Part shown: piece after piece, positions 56,232-63,705 of the stretch | How positions within the stretch are numbered: position 1 is the stretch's first letter | How the letters are laid out: each line of letters starts with the position of its first letter | Program-made: the position numbers and the translations under genes | Notes under the pieces: generated by a model | What the model was told of the DNA's origin: nothing | The model's database searches: none | What the model saw: the letters and a program-made list of their open reading frames with translations, nothing else | Assembly (NCBI RefSeq): GCF_001194135.2 | Contig: NC_068984.1 | Coordinates: 3,682,472-3,746,176 of the forward strand | Origin: Octopus bimaculoides | Taxonomy: Eukaryota | DNA: 63,705 bases | Direction of reading: 5' to 3'

Positions 56232-57122
56232 TATTAGGTGCAGGCATGGCGTGTGGTAAGAAGTTTCCTTCCCAACCACATGGTTCCAGNNNNNNNNNNN
56301 NNNNNNNNNNNNNNNNNNNNNNNNNNNNNNNNNNNNNNNNNNNNNNNNNNNNNNNNNNNNNNNNNNNNNNNNNNNNNNNNNNNNNNNNNNNNNNNNNNNN
56401 NNNNNNNNNNNNNNNNNNNNNNNNNNNNNNNNNNNNNNNNNNNNNNNNNNNNNNNNNNNNNNNNNNNNNNNNNNNNNNNNNNNNNNNNNNNNNNNNNNNN
56501 NNNNNNNNNNNNNNNNNNNNNNNNNNNNNNNNNNNNNNNNNNNNNNNNNNNNNNNNNNNNNNNNNNNNNNNNNNNNNNNNNNNNNNNNNNNNNNNNNNNN
56601 NNNNNNNNNNNNNNNNNNNNNNNNNNNNNNNNNNNNNNNNNNNNNNNNNNNNNNNNNNNNNNNNNNNNNNNNNNNNNNNNNNNNNNNNNNNNNNNNNNNN
56701 NNNNNNNNNNNNNNNNNNNNNNNNNNNNNNNNNNNNNNNNNNNNNNNNNNNNNNNNNNNNNNNNNNNNNNNNNNNNNNNNNNNNNNNNNNNNNNNNNNNN
56801 NNNNNNNNNNNNNNNNNNNNNNNNNNNNNNNNNNNNNNNNNNNNNNNNNNNNNNNNNNNNNNNNNNNNNNNNNNNNNNNNNNNNNNNNNNNNNNNNNNNN
56901 NNNAAAAATTTGTAGTTTAGAATCAGTAGTTCTTTGACTGCTGTTTCTAAATTTTCAGTATGTTGGAGAAGCAACTCAATGCTAATCCCTGTATATTTAT
57001 GATGATAAATGGTTTTACCGATAAAGGTTTTTTCATACTGAACTACTTGGCAAAATCTGTTAATTATTAATTCTATTATTAATTGACGATTCCCTGCCCT
57101 TATTCTTGTATATTTTATTATC

Positions 57123-57198
<76 letters not shown>

Positions 57199-57409
57199 GG
57201 CAGAGGCAGAAAGATACACACACACTCATTCTATTGTATATGATCATCATCATTATCATAATCATCCTTTAATGAACACCTTCCTAAATACTTAAAAGAT
57301 GAACATAATGACAAGTGTGTGTGTGTGTGTGTGTGTATCTGTGAGTACGTGTGTGTGAGTGATAACATGCACACACATTGTAAGTAGCCTGAGGTAACAC
57401 TAGTAATAC

Positions 57410-57775
57410 ATGTCTTAGTCCAGTCAAATTGAAACCCAGATATTTTCTGCCAGTATTGGTCCAGTCCCCTGAAACTGAGAGGAGTACCACCTGGTCAAGA
57501 ACTGATTATCAGTGCGTGTCAGCATTGTTCCAGTGAACTAAAGGAATGGTCGTTGGCCACAATGTATCCAGGTACGGGCAATTTGCATGGTAATCCGTGG
57601 AGGAAAAGGTCAGACAAATATTTCATTTCTTTGAAATATTTTGGAATAATGAACAATTTAGCAAATTTGGTTGTGACAAAATAAATCTCACAGTATCTTT
57701 TATATGCAGCAGGTGTGATTTGTGAAAGGAATGGATAGAAAAGGGACACAGCCTTGAGGGATTTTAAAATTTCGT
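57410..57775 (-). mobile_element. Highly degraded LINE reverse transcriptase remnant (CR1/L2/Rex group)
   Basis: Minus-strand motifs PQGCV, KFA and KYLG occur in the expected RT order, with stops and frameshifts between them. Confidence 0.5.
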
Positions 57776-58782
57776 AAGCCTAGCACTTATTTAATCATTC
57801 CCTTTCGATAAACCACTAAGTTATAGGGGCATATATATATATTATATATATATATATATATATNNNNNNNNNNNNNNNNNNNNNNNNNNNNNNNNNNNNN
57901 NNNNNNNNNNNNNNNNNNNNNNNNNNNNNNNNNNNNNNNNNNNNNNNNNNNNNNNNNNNNNNNNNNNNNNNNNNNNNNNNNNNNNNNNNNNNNNNNNNNN
58001 NNNNNNNNNNNNNNNNNNNNNNNNNNNNNNNNNNNNNNNNNNNNNNNNNNNNNNNNNNNNNNNNNNNNNNNNNNNNNNNNNNNNNNNNNNNNNNNNNNNN
58101 NNNNNNNNNNNNNNNNNNNNNNNNNNNNNNNNNNNNNNNNNNNNNNNNNNNNNNNNNNNNNNNNNNNNNNNNNNNNNNNNNNNNNNNNNNNNNNNNNNNN
58201 NNNNNNNNNNNNNNNNNNNNNNNNNNNNNNNNNNNNNNNNNNNNNNNNNNNNNNNNNNNNNNNNNNNNNNNNNNNNNNNNNNNNNNNNNNNNNNNNNNNN
58301 NNNNNNNNNNNNNNNNNNNNNNNNNNNNNNNNNNNNNNNNNNNNNNNNNNNNNNNNNNNNNNNNNNNNNNNNNNNNNNNNNNNNNNNNNNNNNNNNNNNN
58401 NNNNNNNNNNNNNNNNNNNNNNNNNNNNNNNNNNNNNNNNNNNNNNNNNNNNNNNNNNNNNNNNNNNNNNNNNNNNNNNNNNNNNNNNNNNNNNNNNNNN
58501 NNNNNNNNNNNNNNNNNNNNNNNNNNNNNNNNNNNNNNNNNNNNNNNNNNNNNNNNNNNNNNNNNNNNNNNNNNNNNNNNNNNNNNNNNNNNNNATATAT
58601 TGGTGTTTGTTTTTATGTAAAGTGACAAAAAATGATTTTAAATTAAGCTGAAAGATTAATGATTTTCGGTTGAGCACAAATTTTTAATTATTTAACAAGA
58701 ATAGTAATGAGAGCAACTTCAAAGTTAAGCCCTGGTAAGGCACCATATATGTGTGTGTATGTGTGCACGTGCACGTGTGTGA

Positions 58783-59066
58783 AGGCGCATGGCTCAGTAG
58801 TTAAGGTGTTGCAAGACCGTGGGTTTGATTCCCAGACCGGGCGTTGCATTGTGTTCTTGAGCAAAGCACTTCATTTCATGTGCTCTGCAATGATTTTAAC
58901 ATCTGACATGTGGCACCTGTTGCACCTGTACAGGTAATGTCAATTTGATAGAGGAAGTGAGCTTATGTGTACACAAACATTTGATCATTATAAACAAATC
59001 ATCTGTGTGGTTATTTGGTAAAAAACTGTCAAGCTCTCATAAGCCGTCTAACGACGGGAGAATCCG

Positions 59067-59068
<2 letters not shown>
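58783..59068 (+). mobile_element. tRNA-derived SINE family C (CORE-like central segment)
   Basis: It has an A-box-like ggctcagtagtta, a B-box-like gggtttgattcc, and then tgtgttcttgagcaaagcacttcatttc. Related copies are at 6240-6420(+), 11800-11890(-) and 11910-12010(+). Confidence 0.7.
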
Positions 59069-59101
<33 letters not shown>

Positions 59102-59658
59102 AACACACACACATATATATACATGCATATAAACACACACATATATATATATATACACAATGATGATGATGATATACAAACACATATACATACATACAAA
59201 CACACACACACATATATATATATATATTTATATGTATGCATATATACATACACAGGTAAGCAGAGTTAGCAGTTAAGGTAACCGACTAAGGGATAAAAAT
59301 ATCCATATTTACTATCGGTATCAATTACCTCTGCTATCCCTGGACATGGGTATGCAGGAAAACTATGCTCATAGGGAACAGGTAACAACAAAATACACAA
59401 AAGTTTATCAAGAATCAAATTCAAATAATCAGAAAAGACAGAAAACCTATGATTAACAAACAAATTGGACCACATCTGTGGATTAACTTTTAATACAAAT
59501 CATGACATAACATTTCTATGATAAATGTTTTGTCATAGAAACATTATGTCATGTTTTGTATTAAAAAATATTTACCATTTTCTGATTATATATTTATATA
59601 TATATATACACACACACACATATATGCATATATATGTATACATACAAATGTATATGCA

Positions 59659-59728
<70 letters not shown>

Positions 59729-59938
59729 TATATATATATACACACACACACACACAGAATCATACACATGTGAGCACATAAGTACTCGGATACCAAAGCT
59801 AGAATAATATACATTTTATTGAAGCTGTAAAATTATCACAGAACTGTTACTCAGATTTTCACGTTCCCATTTGTCAAAGGGTTGTGATAAATACTGCATT
59901 AAAATCTTGCTTATACATGTGGTGTAATGTTATGTGAC

Positions 59939-59970
<32 letters not shown>

Positions 59971-60197
59971 CATACATGTGTGTGTGCATGTGTGTATGTA
60001 GTTCAACCCATGCCAGCATAGAAAGCACATGTTAAATGATGATGCATATGTATATATGTAAGTTTACATACATAGAAGCATATCAATATACATATATACA
60101 TACATCTGCATGCATACATGGATACATATGCAGCTATGTATACATAATTATATACATGTGTGTGCGTGTTTATGTGTATATATACACACATATGTGT

Positions 60198-60238
<41 letters not shown>

Positions 60239-61253
60239 CATATATATATGTGTATATATATATATATATATNNNNNNNNNNNNNNNNNNNNNNNNNNNNN
60301 NNNNNNNNNNNNNNNNNNNNNNNNNNNNNNNNNNNNNNNNNNNNNNNNNNNNNNNNNNNNNNNNNNNNNNNNNNNNNNNNNNNNNNNNNNNNNNNNNNNN
60401 NNNNNNNNNNNNNNNNNNNNNNNNNNNNNNNNNNNNNNNNNNNNNNNNNNNNNNNNNNNNNNNNNNNNNNNNNNNNNNNNNNNNNNNNNNNNNNNNNNNN
60501 NNNNNNNNNNNNNNNNNNNNNNNNNNNNNNNNNNNNNNNNNNNNNNNNNNNNNNNNNNNNNNNNNNNNNNNNNNNNNNNNNNNNNNNNNNNNNNNNNNNN
60601 NNNNNNNNNNNNNNNNNNNNNNNNNNNNNNNNNNNNNNNNNNNNNNNNNNNNNNNNNNNNNNNNNNNNNNNNNNNNNNNNNNNNNNNNNNNNNNNNNNNN
60701 NNNNNNNNNNNNNNNNNNNNNNNNNNNNNNNNNNNNNNNNNNNNNNNNNNNNNNNNNNNNNNNNNNNNNNNNNNNNNNNNNNNNNNNNNNNNNNNNNNNN
60801 NNNNNNNNNNNNNNNNNNNNNNNNNNNNNNNNNNNNNNNNNNNNNNNNNNNNNNNNNNNNNNNNNNNNNNNNNNNNNNNNNNNNNNNNNNNNNNNNNNNN
60901 NNNNNNNNNNNNNNNNNNNNNNNNNNNNNNNNNNNNNNNNNNNNNNNNNNNNNNNNNNNNNNNNNNNNNNNNNNNNNNNNNNNNNNNNNNNNNNNNNNNN
61001 NNNNNNNNNNNNNNNNNNNNNNNNNNNNNNNNNNNNNNNNNNNNNNNNNNNNNNNNNNNATATATATATATAACTAGATATATATATATTCACATATACA
61101 TGCATAATAATACATATGTACATATATATATATATGAATATATACATGTATATAGATGTATATGTATGTATACATATATATACATGTACATAGACATGTA
61201 TGTATATATATACTTATATATACATACATACATGTACATAGACGTGTATGTAT

Positions 61254-61319
<66 letters not shown>

Positions 61320-61808
61320 TTATACATATGTAAATATATTTTTAGTGTTTTTTTGCAAGCAACCTACTACCAGTTGAAAGCCCCACATAGTGGATGCTAG
61401 CTTGTTTTGGGATGCTAGGTTGCCAGGAGAGAATGCATACTGATTCGGGGCCTATCTCTAAACCACATCGTTACACACTGGTCCTTCTCATTGGAATCAT
61501 AATTGTGGTTGTTACCAGTGTCACTTAAATGGCACCCATGCCAGTTGCACGTGAAGACCCCACCATTACATTCTTAGAGTGGTTGGAATTAGGAAGGGCA
61601 TCCAAGTGTATAAACCATACCAAATCAGACTGGAACCTTGTGCAACTCTCCAGCTTACCAGTTCCAGTCAGACCATCAAACCCATACCATCTTGGAAAAA
61701 GGATGTTAAATAATGATGATGATTACATATATACTTAAAATACATGTATATACACACACACAAGTATATATACGTGTGTATATACGAGTATGTACATATT
61801 CATATCCA

Positions 61809-61868
<60 letters not shown>

Positions 61869-62670
61869 GGAGTAAGCACATGGAATGTGCAACAAGGTGG
61901 AAAAAAAGAGTACTCAAATACCAGAGGTAGAGTAATATGCTTTATTTANNNNNNNNNNNNNNNNNNNNNNNNNNNNNNNNNNNNNNNNNNNNNNNNNNNN
62001 NNNNNNNNNNNNNNNNNNNNNNNNNNNNNNNNNNNNNNNNNNNNNNNNNNNNNNNNNNNNNNNNNNNNNNNNNNNNNNNNNNNNNNNNNNNNNNNNNNNN
62101 NNNNNNNNNNNNNNNNNNNNNNNNNNNNNNNNNNNNNNNNNNNNNNNNNNNNNNNNNNNNNNNNNNNNNNNNNNNNNNNNNNNNNNNNNNNNNNNNNNNN
62201 NNNNNNNNNNNNNNNNNNNNNNNNNNNNNNNNNNNNNNNNNNNNNNNNNNNNNNNNNNNNNNNNNNNNNNNNNNNNNNNNNNNNNNNNNNNNNNNNNNNN
62301 NNNNNNNNNNNNNNNNNNNNNNNNNNNNNNNNNNNNNNNNNNNNNNNNNNNNNNNNNNNNNNNNNNNNNNNNNNNNNNNNNNNNNNNNNNNNNNNNNNNN
62401 NNNNNNNNNNNNNNNNNNNNNNNNNNNNNNNNNNNNNNNNNNNNNNNNNNNNNNNNNNNNNNNNNNNNNNNNNNNNNNNNNNNNNNNNNNNNNNNNNNNN
62501 NNNNNNNNNNNNNNNNNNNNNNNNNNNNNNNNNNNNNNNNNNNNNNNNNNNNNNNNNNNNNNNNNNNNNNNNNNNNNNNNNNNNNNNNNNNNNNNNNNNN
62601 NNNNNNNNNNNNNNNNNNNNNNNNNNNNNNNNNNNNATATATATATATACATACATACATACAAACATAC

Positions 62671-63070
62671 TGGCTGTGTGATAAGAAACTTGTCTCGTCT
62701 CAAAACCACGTGGTTCCAGTTTCTGTCCCAACGCGTAGGACCTTGGGCAAGTGTATTTTGGTGAAGCCTTGGGCCACCCAAAGCCATCTGAGTGGATTTG
62801 GTAGACAGAAACTGAAAGAAACCCACTGTATACACACACACACACACATATATGTAAGTATGTATGTCTTTGTGTGTCTGTGATTGTCCCCCACCCACAA
62901 TCACTTGACAATCAATTTTAGTGTGTTTACATGCCCGTGACTTAGCGGCTCATCAAAAGCATGTGATAGAATAAGTACTAGGTGTACAATCAATAAGTCC
63001 TGAGGGGTGACTTATTTGACTAATGGCAGTGCACCAGCATGGCCGGAGTCAAATGATTGAAACAAGTAAA
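62671..63070 (+). mobile_element. Family B SINE
   Basis: Same architecture, with an internal (CA)/(TA)/(TG) tract at ~62830-62880. Partial copies are at 39036-39186(-), 51465-51555(-) and 56241-56289(+, cut by a gap). Confidence 0.8.
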
Positions 63071-63148
63071 ATAATTAAAACAATAAAAGATATTTATACA
63101 TGTATATATATATATATATATATACACACACATTTATACATACACATG

Positions 63149-63179
<31 letters not shown>

Positions 63180-63287
63180 ATGATGATGATGATGATACAC
63201 ATACATTTATATATTTTTTATATATTTATACATACATATATGTGTATATATATTATTTTATTTATTAGAGTTCCAACTCTGTGTGTG

Positions 63288-63351
<64 letters not shown>

Positions 63352-63397
63352 NNNNNNNNNNNNNNNNNNNNNNNNNNNNNNNNNNNNNNNNNNNNNN

Positions 63398-63443
<46 letters not shown>

Positions 63444-63504
63444 TACATACACATACATGTATATATATATATATATATATTCCTACATACACATACATAT
63501 ATAT

Positions 63505-63705
63505 TTATACATACACATACATATATATTTATACATACATATACATGTATATATATATATATTTATACATACATATACATGTATATATATATATATATTT
63601 ATACATACATATACATGTATATATATATACATTTATACATACATATACATGTATATATATATACATTTATACATACATATACATGTATATATATATACAT
63701 TTATA
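63505..63705. repeat. Minisatellite with ~34-40-bp unit TTTATACATACATATACATG(TA)n
   Basis: At least five tandem units run to the window end. Confidence 0.9.

Noticed and set aside
58783-58860. tRNA gene
   Set aside because: The A/B-box-like head continues into a SINE body and forms no full cloverleaf.
56234-62911. Long ORFs of 200-360 aa
   Set aside because: They consist of N gaps and (TA)/(CA) repeats.

Overview
This is a eukaryotic, AT-rich and repeat-dominated window from a short-read assembly, with about a dozen N gaps, most of them next to (TA)n tracts. The SINE families, RTE-type (ATG)n-tailed retroposons and dense microsatellites resemble an Octopus genome; this is my recognition, not a database result. 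No host protein-coding gene can be supported, and nearly all ORF-track entries are microsatellite or gap artefacts. The real coding signal is all transposon remnants: a Tc1-like transposase with DD36E spacing (~21.25-22.1 kb), a maT/DD37D-like transposase (~26.1-26.7 kb), and RTE, CR1-like and other LINE fragments. There are also hAT, pogo and piggyBac-type MITEs and dozens of SINEs. The most unusual signals are structural: several minimal hammerhead-ribozyme-like motifs of the Penelope type, a ~480-bp fold-back carrying two of them, a 79-bp near-perfect palindrome, two long miRNA- or ADAR-substrate-like hairpins, and a triple interleaved complementarity block. I cannot claim a confirmed new system; these are testable candidates.
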